In this document: positions 1-8,773 of the stretch, one piece after another
Numbering within the stretch: position 1 is the first letter of the stretch
Layout: each line of letters begins with the position of its first letter
From: Clostridia bacterium
GTDB lineage: Bacteria > Bacillota > Clostridia > Oscillospirales > CAG-272
Reading direction: 5' to 3'
NCBI GenBank assembly: GCA_017622085.1
Contig: JAGARU010000127.1
Span: 18,247 to 82,246, forward strand
Length of the DNA stretch: 64,000 nucleotides
Notes under the pieces: generated by a model
Databases searched by the model: none
The model's input: the letters and a program-made list of their open reading frames with translations, nothing else
Told to the model about the DNA's origin: nothing
Translations under genes and position numbers: made by a program

Positions 1-413
1 TGTGTGAGACTAAGGTGGAGGACGTAAAGGCCGCCATCAATACCTTTGAGTGCGACGGCGTAATTCTCGGCTATCAGGCTATTATCGACTGGGATAAGAC
101 CGATAAGGAATACGTAAATGCGCTGATCGAGCTTAAGATCACCCCCCGCCGCGATAAGGGCTTTGAGGCCGTTGCGGAAAAGATCAGTAATTATCCCGAG
201 GTGCAGAGCCTCTACCTCATGTCCGGCGGCTTTGATTTGATGCTGGTCATCGAGGGCAAGACCATGAAGGAGGTTGCCTACTTCGTGGCTGAAAAGCTGG
301 CTACCCTGGAGGACGTAATTGCTACCTCCACCCACTTCGTGCTTCGTAAATATAAGGACAAGGGTATCGTTTACGGCCCTGAGCGCAAGGATGAAAGAGG
401 GAATCAGTTCTGA
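1..413 (+). CDS. Lrp/AsnC-family transcriptional regulator, 3' part (5' end lies outside the window)
   Basis: Reading phase 3 is open from the window edge, so the GTG at 15 in the ORF track is probably internal. Shows the ...FECDGVILGYQAIIDWDK... linker and a C-terminal AsnC/RAM-type ligand-binding region (YLMSGGFDLMLVIEG). The stop TGA shares one base with the next gene's ATG. Confidence 0.7.
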   Translation, partial: CETKVEDVKAAINTFECDGVILGYQAIIDWDKTDKEYVNALIELKITPRRDKGFEAVAEKISNYPEVQSLYLMSGGFDLMLVIEGKTMKEVAYFVAEKLATLEDVIATSTHFVLRKYKDKGIVYGPERKDERGNQF

Positions 414-1582
414 TGTTTGATTACAAAAAAGCCCTTTCCCCTACGGTAACTGCGATTCAGCCGTCGGGTATTCGCAAGTTCTTTGACTTGCTGGAAACGA
501 GAAAGGACGCCATTTCACTTACCGTGGGCCAGCCCGATTTCGTTACTCCCTGGCACATCCGCGAGGCCGGTATCGAGAGCCTTGAAAAGGGAAAGACCTA
601 CTATACCTCAAACGCGGGCACCTTGGAGCTCCGCGAAGAAATTGCCCGCTATCTTGATCGCCGATTTAATCTACATTATGATCCTCTCCATGAGGTTATC
701 GTAACCGTGGGCGGTAGTGAGGCCATTGACATTACCGTCCGCGCCTTGGTAGAGGCAGGGGACGAGGTCATTATCCCCATGCCTGCCTTTGTCTGCTACG
801 AGCCCATCGTCCGTATGGCAGGCGGAATCCCGGTGCTGATCGATACCAAGGAAGAAAACCGCTTCCGCGTCACCGCCGCGGAGATCAAAAATGCAATCAC
901 CGACAAAACCAAGCTCCTTATTCTTCCGTTCCCCAATAACCCGACGGGTGCTATTTTGGAGAAGGAAGATTTGGAGGCCATTGCCTCCGTTCTTCGGGAT
1001 ACCAATATTGCCGTTCTCTCCGATGAGATCTATTCGGAGCTGACCTACGGCAAGCACCACGTGTCCATTGCCAACATTGACGGCATGCATGAGCGTACCG
1101 TGCTGGTCAGCGGCTTTTCCAAGGCTTACGCCATGACCGGATGGCGTGTGGGCTACGTGGCCGCCCCCCGACCCTTCGTGGATCAGATGTATAAGATCCA
1201 CCAGTACGCCATCATGTGCGCCCCCACCACTTCTCAGCTGGCCGCCATCGAGGCCATGAAGAACGGAGACGGAGACATTGCAGAAATGAAGGCCGAGTAT
1301 GACCGCCGTCGCCATTATATCGTAAACCGCCTCAACCGCATGGGACTGACCACCTTTGAGCCGGAGGGAGCCTTTTACGTGTTCCCCCACGTGGGTAAGT
1401 TTGGCCTGAGTAGTGAGGAGTTCTGCCAGCGGCTCTTGGACGAGGGCAACGTCGCCATCGTTCCCGGTACCGCCTTTGGCCAGGCAGGCGAGGGATATGC
1501 GCGTCTGTCGTATGCCTATTCCATGAAGCACATTTCCACCGCCCTCGACCGCATTGAGGCGTTCATCGCCACGCTTTCGTGA
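413..1582 (+). CDS. PLP-dependent class I/II aminotransferase (aspartate/aromatic aminotransferase-like)
   Basis: 389-aa ORF with the PLP-lysine region SGFSKAYAMTGWRVGY and FPNNPTG, typical of fold-type I aminotransferases. Translationally coupled to the upstream AsnC-type gene. Confidence 0.9.
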   Translation: MFDYKKALSPTVTAIQPSGIRKFFDLLETRKDAISLTVGQPDFVTPWHIREAGIESLEKGKTYYTSNAGTLELREEIARYLDRRFNLHYDPLHEVIVTVGGSEAIDITVRALVEAGDEVIIPMPAFVCYEPIVRMAGGIPVLIDTKEENRFRVTAAEIKNAITDKTKLLILPFPNNPTGAILEKEDLEAIASVLRDTNIAVLSDEIYSELTYGKHHVSIANIDGMHERTVLVSGFSKAYAMTGWRVGYVAAPRPFVDQMYKIHQYAIMCAPTTSQLAAIEAMKNGDGDIAEMKAEYDRRRHYIVNRLNRMGLTTFEPEGAFYVFPHVGKFGLSSEEFCQRLLDEGNVAIVPGTAFGQAGEGYARLSYAYSMKHISTALDRIEAFIATLS

Positions 1583-1643
1583 TTTTATTGCGATTTTTCC
1601 GAATAAAAAAGTGAAATATCCTGAAAATTTGGCTAAAAAACAC

Positions 1644-1672
1644 TTGCAATTGCGGAATCGTTGTGCTATAAT
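1644..1672 (+). promoter_or_regulatory. sigma-A type promoter for rpmB
   Basis: TTGCAA (1644-1649), 17-nt spacer, TATAAT (1667-1672), preceded by TGc (extended -10). Lies ~58 nt upstream of the rpmB ATG. Confidence 0.6.
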
Positions 1673-1729
1673 ATCTATCGTTGATTTAATGTAAACAATT
1701 ATCGAACATATAAATGGAGGTGTATCCTA

Positions 1730-1915
1730 ATGGCAAAGTGCAGCATCTGCGGAAAGGGCGTTGTATTCGGACACAACGTATCCCACTCTAACCGTAAGAC
1801 CAACAGAACCTGGAAGTCCAACATCAGAAAGGTAAAGGCAGTCGTTAACGGCGCAAACCACACTGTATCTGTTTGTTCCCGTTGCCTTCGTTCCGGCAAG
1901 GTTGAACGCGCTTAA
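1730..1915 (+). CDS. rpmB: 50S ribosomal protein L28 (Cys-containing zinc-ribbon form)
   Basis: 61 aa, MAKCSICGK...NVSHSNRKTNRTWKSN...VCSRCLRSGKV, a classic L28 sequence. GGAGG lies 8 nt upstream. Confidence 0.95.
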   Translation: MAKCSICGKGVVFGHNVSHSNRKTNRTWKSNIRKVKAVVNGANHTVSVCSRCLRSGKVERA

Positions 1916-1936
1916 TCAATCCAATTCGTCAAAAAT

Positions 1937-2018
1937 AGGGGTGCTTTACAAACAGGATCGTTTTCTCGGCAGCAGTCGGGGAGGGGTACGATCCGAGCTG
2001 TAAGGCAACCCTTTTTTT
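1937..2018 (+). terminator. Large branched stem-loop ending in a U7 tract (rpmB terminator or structured 3' element)
   Basis: AGGGGTGCTTTA (1937-1948) pairs with TAAGGCAACCCT (2001-2012): 12 positions with 1 mismatch and 1 G-U. An inner GGATCG/CGATCC helix (1955-1960/1989-1994) sits inside it. TTTTTTT follows at 2012-2018. Confidence 0.5.
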
Positions 2019-2037
2019 GTTTTTCAAGGAGGCAAAT

Positions 2038-2712
2038 ATGATCCTTTTCGCCGGCCACCCTCTGATCACGCACCTGCACGGATACCGTGTGTGCCCCCTG
2101 CCGCCGGACGCTCGCCTTGCACCGCCCGTCCGTGCCCATGCGGATATGCTGGCCTTTACTTACGGAAAAAAACTCGTGCTGTCACGGGATTATTATGAGA
2201 CACACCGGGAAAGCCTCTCGCCCCATATTGAGGAAGAGTCTCTGCGCCTTACCGACTGCCCCCGTGCGTCGGACTATCCCTACGATATTGGCCTCAATGC
2301 TCTTCTTGTAGGTAATCTGCTGTTTTGCAACGCCCGTTATACCGCTCCGGAGGTGCTGTCCTGCGGTGCGGAGGTCGTGGACGTTGCCCAAGGCTACGCC
2401 GCTTGCTCCACCCTCGTCCTCTCCGATCGCACCGTCGTCACCGCCGACCCCTCCATTGCCCGCGGGGCGGAGCGCCGTAATCTGGACGTGCTCACTATCC
2501 GCCCGGGGCATATTCTGTTGCCGGGCTACAACACCGGCTTCATCGGAGGCGCCTCTACCAAAATCGGTACCACCGTGTATTTCTTTGGCGATCCCACCAC
2601 CCATCCCGATTTCAGCGCCATTGAGTCTGCTTGTACCCGACTGGGTCTTGTCCTAAAGAGCCTCTTTGACGGCCCCTTGACCGACCTCGGCGGCATCCGC
2701 ATTTCCGAATAA
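2038..2712 (+). CDS. Conserved hypothetical protein (family not securely recognised; possibly a DUF6873/amidinotransferase-fold-like protein)
   Basis: Start moved to ATG 2038 (MILFAGHPL...) because AAGGAGG lies 6 nt upstream. Host-like codon usage. No motif that I can name with confidence. Confidence 0.55.
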   Translation: MILFAGHPLITHLHGYRVCPLPPDARLAPPVRAHADMLAFTYGKKLVLSRDYYETHRESLSPHIEEESLRLTDCPRASDYPYDIGLNALLVGNLLFCNARYTAPEVLSCGAEVVDVAQGYAACSTLVLSDRTVVTADPSIARGAERRNLDVLTIRPGHILLPGYNTGFIGGASTKIGTTVYFFGDPTTHPDFSAIESACTRLGLVLKSLFDGPLTDLGGIRISE

Positions 2713-2817
2713 AGAAAAACTTCGGCACCCCCGAAGTTTTTTGTTTGCAATCCGGCCCACCTTGTGGTAAAATAGAACCGATATGGATAGAAGCAACCCG
2801 CTGACAGGAGGGCGATT

Positions 2818-5220
2818 ATGGAGAATTTACAGCAGCGCTATATTAAGTTGAAGCAACGTCTGTTTGACCGCTACTACGATAACCTGAATCCGGAGCAGAG
2901 AAGGGCGGTTTATACCGTAAAGGGCGCACTTCTGATTTTGGCCGGTGCCGGTAGCGGAAAAACCACCGTGCTGGTTAATCGCATCTCCCACATCATTCGC
3001 TACGGTAACGCTTATTTTACCGACCGAATCCCGCGGGATCTGACGGAGGAGCACCTCGCTGAGTTAGAAGAGGCTCAGCACCTGCCCAAAGAGGAGCTGG
3101 CCGGCTTGCTGACGGAATTTACCGTGGAGCCCGCACCGCCCTATACCGTTTTGGCCATCACCTTCACAAACAAGGCCGCCAACGAGATCAAAAACCGCTT
3201 GGCCAATCAGCTGGGCGAGGACGGTGCCGCCGAGGAGATCTGGGCGGGCACGTTCCATTCAATCTGTATGCGTATCCTCCGCCGCTTCGGTGACCGTCTG
3301 GGGTATAAAAACGGCTTCAGCGTCTGTGATGCCGACGAGTCCAAAAAGCTGGTTTCCACCTGCATGAAGGATCTGAATATCGACGAGAAAAAGTTGGCCG
3401 TCAAGGCCGCTGTCAACGCCATCAGCCGCGCAAAGGACAAAATGCAGTCCCCCGCCGATTTTCAGCTGGAAGCCGGCAGCGACTTGAAGCAAAAGCAGTA
3501 CGCTCAGATTTATACGCTTTACCAGCAACGCCTGGAGGCCGCCAATCTGGTGGACTTTGATGATATTATTATGAAGACCGTAACCCTGCTCCGCACGGAT
3601 GACGAGGTGCGCGACTTCTATTCCCGCCGCTTCCGCTACGTTCTGGTGGACGAGTATCAGGACACCAATAAGGCACAGCTTGAGCTGACCATGCTCCTCT
3701 CCGGTTATCACGGAAATCTGATGGTGGTGGGCGACGATGACCAGAGCATCTATAAATTCCGCGGCGCCACCATTGAGAATATTCTGAACTTCGACCGCAC
3801 TTGTCCCAATACCACCGTGATCAAGCTGGAGCAGAACTACCGCTCCACTAAGACGATCCTGAACGCCGCCAACGGCGTCATCTCCCATAACATGGGACGG
3901 AAGGGAAAGAACCTCTGGTGTGACGGCGATCGGGGCGAGCCTATCCTCGTCCGTGAGCTGGATACCCAAAACTCAGAGTCTCGCTTTATCCTTGACGAGA
4001 TCCTCCGCTTGCGCAAGACCAAAAATTACGAATATCGGGACTTTGCTGTCCTGTACCGCGTCAATGCCCAGTCTGCCAATCTGGAGACCGCCTTTGCCAA
4101 GGGCGGCGTGCCCTACCGTATGCTGGGTGCCCTTCGGTTTTATGACCGCAAGGAGATCCGGGATGTAATTTCTTACCTCTGCGTCATCAATAATCCTTAC
4201 GATAATCTTCATCTGAAGCGTATCATCAACGAGCCCAAGCGCAAGATCGGCGATACCTCCTATTCCGTCGCCGAGCAGATCGCCGAGCACCTGCATAAGC
4301 CGGTGCTGGAGGTCATTGCCGAGGCTACGTCTTACACCGCCATCCCCAAGGCTACCGCCACCCGCATGGTGGAGTTTGCCACCATGATGCGGGAATTTAT
4401 GGATATGGTGGGTGTCGAATCCCTCAAAACGCTCTTGGAAACGGTGCTCAACAAAACGGGATACCGCGACATGTTGGTAGCCGGCGGCGAGGCAGAGCAG
4501 GATCGACTGGAAAACGTAGACCAGCTCCTTTCCAACATCGCAGAATATGAGGCCTCGGCCGAAGCTCCTACCCTCGGCGGCTTCCTTGAGGAGGTTGCCC
4601 TGGTCTCCGATATTGATCGCTACGACGAAACCGCCGATGCCGTGGTTCTCATGACCATCCATAGCGCCAAAGGCCTTGAATTCCCGGTGGTATTCCTCCC
4701 AGGCATGGAGGAGGGGCTGTTCCCCGGTATGCAGTCCATCATGAATCCCTCGGAGATCGAGGAGGAGCGGCGCTTGGCTTACGTAGCCATCACCCGCGCC
4801 AAAAAGGATCTGATCATTACCCACGTAAGGGAGCGCATGCTCTATGGAAAAACGCAGTATAATCAGCTCTCCCGCTTTGTGGAGGAGATTCCCGAGGAGC
4901 TCCTTGACGTACATAATCTGGGCGCACGCAAGCGGTATCTCTTTGGAGACAGCGATGACTTTGCCCCCGCCTCCATCACCCCCGCTCGCCCCATGGCAAA
5001 AACGTTTACCTCCGCACCGTCAACTGCCAGAAGAGCCGAGCCCATCGCCTTGCCGGATATTGACGTAGGGAATCGGGTTCACCACAATGCCTTCGGGGAG
5101 GGAATGGTCCTTGCCGTCAAAAAGATCGGCTCCGATACGATGTACGAGATCGCCTTTGATGACCACGGAACCAAAAAGCTCATGGCCTCCTACGTTGCAA
5201 AGATCCTGAAAAAGATATAA
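2818..5220 (+). CDS. pcrA: ATP-dependent DNA helicase PcrA (UvrD/Rep SF1 family)
   Basis: 800 aa. Walker A AGAGSGKTTVL, motif II VLVDEYQDTN, TFHSIC, QNYRST, VLMTIHSAKGLEFPVVF and VAITRAK. The position and size fit the Firmicute PcrA. Confidence 0.92.
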   Translation: MENLQQRYIKLKQRLFDRYYDNLNPEQRRAVYTVKGALLILAGAGSGKTTVLVNRISHIIRYGNAYFTDRIPRDLTEEHLAELEEAQHLPKEELAGLLTEFTVEPAPPYTVLAITFTNKAANEIKNRLANQLGEDGAAEEIWAGTFHSICMRILRRFGDRLGYKNGFSVCDADESKKLVSTCMKDLNIDEKKLAVKAAVNAISRAKDKMQSPADFQLEAGSDLKQKQYAQIYTLYQQRLEAANLVDFDDIIMKTVTLLRTDDEVRDFYSRRFRYVLVDEYQDTNKAQLELTMLLSGYHGNLMVVGDDDQSIYKFRGATIENILNFDRTCPNTTVIKLEQNYRSTKTILNAANGVISHNMGRKGKNLWCDGDRGEPILVRELDTQNSESRFILDEILRLRKTKNYEYRDFAVLYRVNAQSANLETAFAKGGVPYRMLGALRFYDRKEIRDVISYLCVINNPYDNLHLKRIINEPKRKIGDTSYSVAEQIAEHLHKPVLEVIAEATSYTAIPKATATRMVEFATMMREFMDMVGVESLKTLLETVLNKTGYRDMLVAGGEAEQDRLENVDQLLSNIAEYEASAEAPTLGGFLEEVALVSDIDRYDETADAVVLMTIHSAKGLEFPVVFLPGMEEGLFPGMQSIMNPSEIEEERRLAYVAITRAKKDLIITHVRERMLYGKTQYNQLSRFVEEIPEELLDVHNLGARKRYLFGDSDDFAPASITPARPMAKTFTSAPSTARRAEPIALPDIDVGNRVHHNAFGEGMVLAVKKIGSDTMYEIAFDDHGTKKLMASYVAKILKKI

Positions 5221-5247
5221 GACAGTCGTTTCTTTTGTAACCAAACA

Positions 5248-5287
5248 ATCGCCGGTTTTCTTTTCGAAAATCGGCGATATTTCTTTG
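5248..5287 (+). terminator. Rho-independent terminator after pcrA
   Basis: 13-bp stem ATCGCCGGTTTTC / GAAAATCGGCGAT (one G-U), 5-nt loop, followed by a T-rich ATTTCTTT. Confidence 0.65.
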
Positions 5288-5306
5288 AAAAAATTTCAAA
5301 AAGGTA

Positions 5307-5335
5307 TTGCAATTTAAAAAGGACTCTGTTATAAT
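5307..5335 (+). promoter_or_regulatory. sigma-A type promoter for tRNA-Leu
   Basis: TTGCAA (5307-5312), 17 nt, TATAAT (5330-5335), ~20 nt upstream of the tRNA 5' end. Confidence 0.65.
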
Positions 5336-5356
5336 AGAAAAGCTGAGAAAAAGCAC

Positions 5357-5443
5357 GCGGGTATGGCGGAATTGGCAGACGCGCTAGATTCAGGTTCTAG
5401 TGGTCGCAAGGCTGTGCAGGTTCAAGTCCTGTTACCCGCACCA
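5357..5443 (+). tRNA. tRNA-Leu (anticodon CAG), type II with long variable arm, CCA encoded
   Basis: Acceptor GCGGGTA/TACCCGC. Anticodon stem CTAGA/TCTAG with loop TTCAGGT. Long variable arm. T arm GCAGG-TTCAAGT-CCTGT. Discriminator A followed by CCA. Confidence 0.93.
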
Positions 5444-5476
5444 GAAAAAAGCACTTGCTTTCGCAAGTGCTTTTTT
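5444..5476 (+). terminator. Rho-independent terminator after tRNA-Leu
   Basis: AGCACTTGC-TTTC-GCAAGTGCT hairpin flanked by an A6 and a T6 run. Confidence 0.8.
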
Positions 5477-5585
5477 AACTAAGTCCACCCTGTAAGTGGA
5501 TGGAATCCACCTTGATGACAGACGGGTGGATTTAATTTCATCTGAGCAAAGCTGGAGATTTCATCCATGCTGAGGAGGAAGTGGA

Positions 5586-6032
5586 ATGACGATTTTAAGA
5601 AATTTTGAACGGAGTGATGCTCCTGCGTTACGCGCAGCCAGTTATCCGGAAAAGTCCGTAACAGAGGTAGAAGATTTAATCAACGAGTGGAGCGTTCGGC
5701 AATTTAACGGAAAATACTCAGAAAAACTGGCGGTGTTGCGGGATGGCGTGCTTGTGGGTACGATGTTTCTTTATCAGCATACGACCGAGGTGATTTCCAT
5801 CGGGCCGGAAATTTTTCCGGCTTACCGTAAGAGGGGCATCGGAAGGGAAGCCTTGTCCAAGGCTTGTGATTTTGCGCGGAGCAAGGGATTTAAAATTGTC
5901 TCCCAACAGATTCGCGTGGATAACGCGGCAAGCATAGCATTGCATGCTTCTCTGGGGTTTGAAACAAATGGGCTGACTTACATAAGCCGAAAGGGAAGTG
6001 AGGTTGCATTTTATCTGAAATCGCTTCTATGA
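5586..6032 (+). CDS. GNAT-family N-acetyltransferase
   Basis: 148 aa. Acetyl-CoA motif A region YRKRGIGREALSKACDFARSKGF. GAGGAGG SD upstream. Visibly lower GC than its neighbours. Confidence 0.8.
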   Translation: MTILRNFERSDAPALRAASYPEKSVTEVEDLINEWSVRQFNGKYSEKLAVLRDGVLVGTMFLYQHTTEVISIGPEIFPAYRKRGIGREALSKACDFARSKGFKIVSQQIRVDNAASIALHASLGFETNGLTYISRKGSEVAFYLKSLL

Positions 6033-6080
6033 TAAATTGATACCAAACGACTCCCTGCAAATTTATCCATAAAAACGAAC

Positions 6081-6127
6081 AGAGCAAGAGATCAAAGGAT
6101 TTTCTCCTTTTTCTCTTGCTCTTTTTG
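6081..6127. terminator. Bidirectional terminator between the GNAT gene and mgsA
   Basis: AGAGCAAGAGA / TCTCTTGCTCT outer stem with an inner AAAGGA/TCCTTT helix. A T-run follows on the plus strand and a T-rich tract on the minus strand. Confidence 0.7.
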
Positions 6128-6184
6128 CTTGTCGATGGCGTGGGCTTAGTCCATATTAGGCCATCACCCGATCTTGACTGCGTT

Positions 6185-6565
6185 TTAGGCAAAATAAATC
6201 TTATTTTTCATAGCCTCCAGCATAACGGTGGCGCTACGTGCGTTGGTGGCCAAGGGAATTCTCTGTACGTCACCCAAACGAAGCAAGGCCGATACGTCCG
6301 GCTCGTGGGGCTGTGCCGTCAAGGGATCTCGCAGGAAAATGATCAGATCCAGCTGACCGTCGGCCAGCATTGCGCCGATCTGCTGGTCACCGCCCAAAGG
6401 GCCGCTTTTCATTCGGTGGATGGAGAGCCCCGTTTCGCCCATGATCAGCGTTCCGGTAGTTCCCGTTGCATAAAGCTCATGTCCGGCCAACACGTCCTTG
6501 TATTGCTTGGCCAGCTCAATAATTTCGTCCTTTTTCTTATCGTGGGCAATCAGTGCAATTTTCAT
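6185..6565 (-). CDS. mgsA: Methylglyoxal synthase
   Basis: 126 aa, [12 protein letters not shown]...LYATGTTG...[12 protein letters not shown]...[16 protein letters not shown], matching the MgsA signature throughout. Confidence 0.93.
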   Translation of the reverse strand: MKIALIAHDKKKDEIIELAKQYKDVLAGHELYATGTTGTLIMGETGLSIHRMKSGPLGGDQQIGAMLADGQLDLIIFLRDPLTAQPHEPDVSALLRLGDVQRIPLATNARSATVMLEAMKNKIYFA

Positions 6566-6603
6566 ATCCGCCGTTCCTTTCGGTGTGGAGTTTTTTTGTG
6601 TCT

Positions 6604-6632
6604 ATTATACCATTCCGCCCAATCGATGTCAA
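6604..6632 (-). promoter_or_regulatory. sigma-A type promoter for mgsA
   Basis: On the minus strand: TTGACA (6632-6627), 17 nt, TATAAT (6609-6604). Confidence 0.7.
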
Positions 6633-6661
6633 GGGTAGGGAAGTGCGATACCAGAACAAAT

Positions 6662-6713
6662 AGAAATGACCCTTGACCGCGGCACTCAGCACATACGATC
6701 AAGGGTCATTTCT
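6662..6713. repeat. Perfect 15-bp inverted repeat with a 22-nt spacer
   Basis: AGAAATGACCCTTGA (6662-6676) and TCAAGGGTCATTTCT (6699-6713). On the minus strand it is followed by the T-rich TATTTGTTCT, so it may be a terminator or a protein-binding site just upstream of the mgsA promoter. Confidence 0.6.
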
Positions 6714-7170
6714 GTTCACTCTTGATATCTAACATCCTTTGATTATCCTCGCTTTCTTAATCTACCTTTTGCCCACGTCATACATCAGACAAAACGTTTT
6801 TTTCATTTACTACTTTCTCTAAAGAGAATACACATGGTTTTCGTGTCGCCCGTGCTACAAAAGGTGAATGGTCAGCATGCTTGTGAAAGCTTTTTCATCG
6901 AACCAAACACATATATTTTCATCACTTATCAGGACTACAAATCTATTTTATGCGTTTTACACCGCCGTGTTTTCACCGGTTCGGATCGATTCATTTTTCT
7001 TTCACTTGGGAGTGAAGTCCGGGAAATTTAATCTGCCATTGGACTGTACCTTCCTTTCTGTGTCTTTATTCTACCACACTTCAACCCCAAATGCAATTGA
7101 CAATTTGTGAGAACTCAACAATAATTTTTTATATAAATCGCAGAAAATAGCTATTAAGCACAAATAATCA

Positions 7171-7199
7171 TTTACAACTCATCGAAAGTGTGATATAAT
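7171..7199 (+). promoter_or_regulatory. Orphan consensus promoter with extended -10
   Basis: TTTACA (7171-7176), 17 nt, TGaTATAAT (7191-7199). No plus-strand gene follows, only the terminator at 7249-7282. Confidence 0.55.
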
Positions 7200-7205
7200 G
7201 AAAAA

Positions 7206-7282
7206 GTATTGTGGTGTATTGGCCCAAGCGGTCGATCTGGGAAATAATAAAAAGCACTTATGCTGATCATAAGTGCTTTTTT
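7206..7282 (+). ncRNA. Candidate ~75-nt small RNA defined by a promoter plus terminator (unclassified)
   Basis: The predicted TSS is ~7 nt after the -10. The transcript would end at the 11-bp hairpin plus T6. No SD-preceded ORF lies inside it. Confidence 0.3.
7249..7282. terminator. Bidirectional rho-independent terminator (end of the HD/sulfatase operon, and of the candidate sRNA)
   Basis: AAGCACTTATG-CTGAT-CATAAGTGCTT, an 11-bp stem with an A-run on one side and T6 on the other. Confidence 0.8.
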
Positions 7283-7283
7283 G

Positions 7284-7946
7284 TTATTTGTCCAAAAGCT
7301 CGGAAATGTTCTCCAGCCTCCGGTGATGCCCGTTCACCACCTGGCAAAAGGCGTGGAAGTATGCCTCGTCGATGGCCTTCTGCTCCGCCGCCAGCCGCTG
7401 TGCTGTTTCGGTAAACAGGCGGTCGTAATTTTTACGTACCGTTCGCTGATAGTAACGGATAAAGGTGTCCGTAGGACTGGATTCATCCATATCGATCTGT
7501 CCGTCCTTGATCACGTACATGGGGTGGTTGTAGTTGCCAACGCCCATCATGCTCCGGGCGATTCCCATAACGCCAAGGGAATCCAGCTTGTCCGCATCGT
7601 ACAGGATCTTGGCCTCTTGCGTTTGTTGCTGTCCGTAGCAGTGGTTCGAGTGGGTGGCAATGGCATGGCATACCGCATCGATTTTATGGGCAGGGAAGCC
7701 GACAGTGGGTAAAAATTCCCGCGCCATTTCTGCACCAATCACGTGGTGACCGCCCTGCTTACCGTTGCGCCCGATATCGTGGAGAAGCGTGGCGGCCAAA
7801 AGCACGTCGTAATCCACGTCGCCCTCCTCCTCCGCAATTTGCAGGCAGTAGCCCAGCACCCGGTAAACGTGCTCCCCATCGTGGGCGCTTTCCTTTACCG
7901 AGGCCTTCATGTAGGCTTCAATTGCATCAAACAGTTCCTTTGTCAT
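7284..7946 (-). CDS. HD-domain phosphohydrolase (YedJ-like)
   Basis: 220 aa. H...HD motif (AHDGEHVYRV...LLHDIGR) and downstream His/Asp residues typical of the HD superfamily. Confidence 0.85.
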   Translation of the reverse strand: MTKELFDAIEAYMKASVKESAHDGEHVYRVLGYCLQIAEEEGDVDYDVLLAATLLHDIGRNGKQGGHHVIGAEMAREFLPTVGFPAHKIDAVCHAIATHSNHCYGQQQTQEAKILYDADKLDSLGVMGIARSMMGVGNYNHPMYVIKDGQIDMDESSPTDTFIRYYQRTVRKNYDRLFTETAQRLAAEQKAIDEAYFHAFCQVVNGHHRRLENISELLDK

Positions 7947-7958
7947 GCTTGTTCTCCG

Positions 7959-8765
7959 TTAAATTTCAAATTCAGAAAGGCCGTTCTTTTCGATCCAATG
8001 CTCGGTTACACCCAGCGCGTCCATCCATTCCCGGGTGCGTACCGTTTGCCACGGGCCGGTATCAAAGCCGTCACCCTTGTCGTTGTCCCAGAGCCATGCA
8101 GGGGTGGGCCAGATGCAGCGCTTGGGGCGGACGTATTCGTAAAACGCCCGGCTGACCCCGCTTTGCCCGTGATGTGCCATCTGAGTGTAATCGGCCGCAA
8201 GCTCCTCGGCTTTGCACAGCTCCATGCCCTCCTCGCCGCCCTCCACGCCGAGATCTCCCAAAATCAAAACGGAAGACTTTGGCCCTTGGATGCGATAGAC
8301 CGTCGAGCTGTTGTTGATCAAGTTGTCAGTAATTTCCGGATTGTACGTCCGTAAGACCGCCACGGATACGTTTCCTGCTGAGATTACGTCGCCGCGCCGA
8401 ACCACCGTGTAGCGGGGATCGTCCGCCACTCGGCCAAGGAACCGCCAGATCTCCGGCTCCTCCTTTAACCAGGAGTGGCACTGTGTCAGCACTTCCGTTG
8501 CGGGGAAGTGGAAATAAATCTTTTCCACCGCAATATCCGGCATCTCGGTTTGGATTTTCCAAAATGCCCCGATGTGGTCATGGTGTGCATGGGTAAAGAA
8601 CCACGCATCCACTCGCCCTCCGCATCGCTCCCGCAAAAACGCGGCCAGCTGAGGTGCATCCCACATGGTTCCGCCGTCGATCACAATCGTTCGCTCTCCG
8701 TCGCAGATCACCGCGCCAAACATCTGGCAAAAGGAGGTGTCGGGCAATAAATAAAACGTAGCCAT
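7959..8765 (-). CDS. MBL-fold metallo-hydrolase
   Basis: 268 aa with the HxHxDH motif (FFTHAHHDHIGAF) and downstream His/Asp ligands. Confidence 0.85.
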   Translation of the reverse strand: MATFYLLPDTSFCQMFGAVICDGERTIVIDGGTMWDAPQLAAFLRERCGGRVDAWFFTHAHHDHIGAFWKIQTEMPDIAVEKIYFHFPATEVLTQCHSWLKEEPEIWRFLGRVADDPRYTVVRRGDVISAGNVSVAVLRTYNPEITDNLINNSSTVYRIQGPKSSVLILGDLGVEGGEEGMELCKAEELAADYTQMAHHGQSGVSRAFYEYVRPKRCIWPTPAWLWDNDKGDGFDTGPWQTVRTREWMDALGVTEHWIEKNGLSEFEI

Positions 8766-8773
8766 CGCGCACC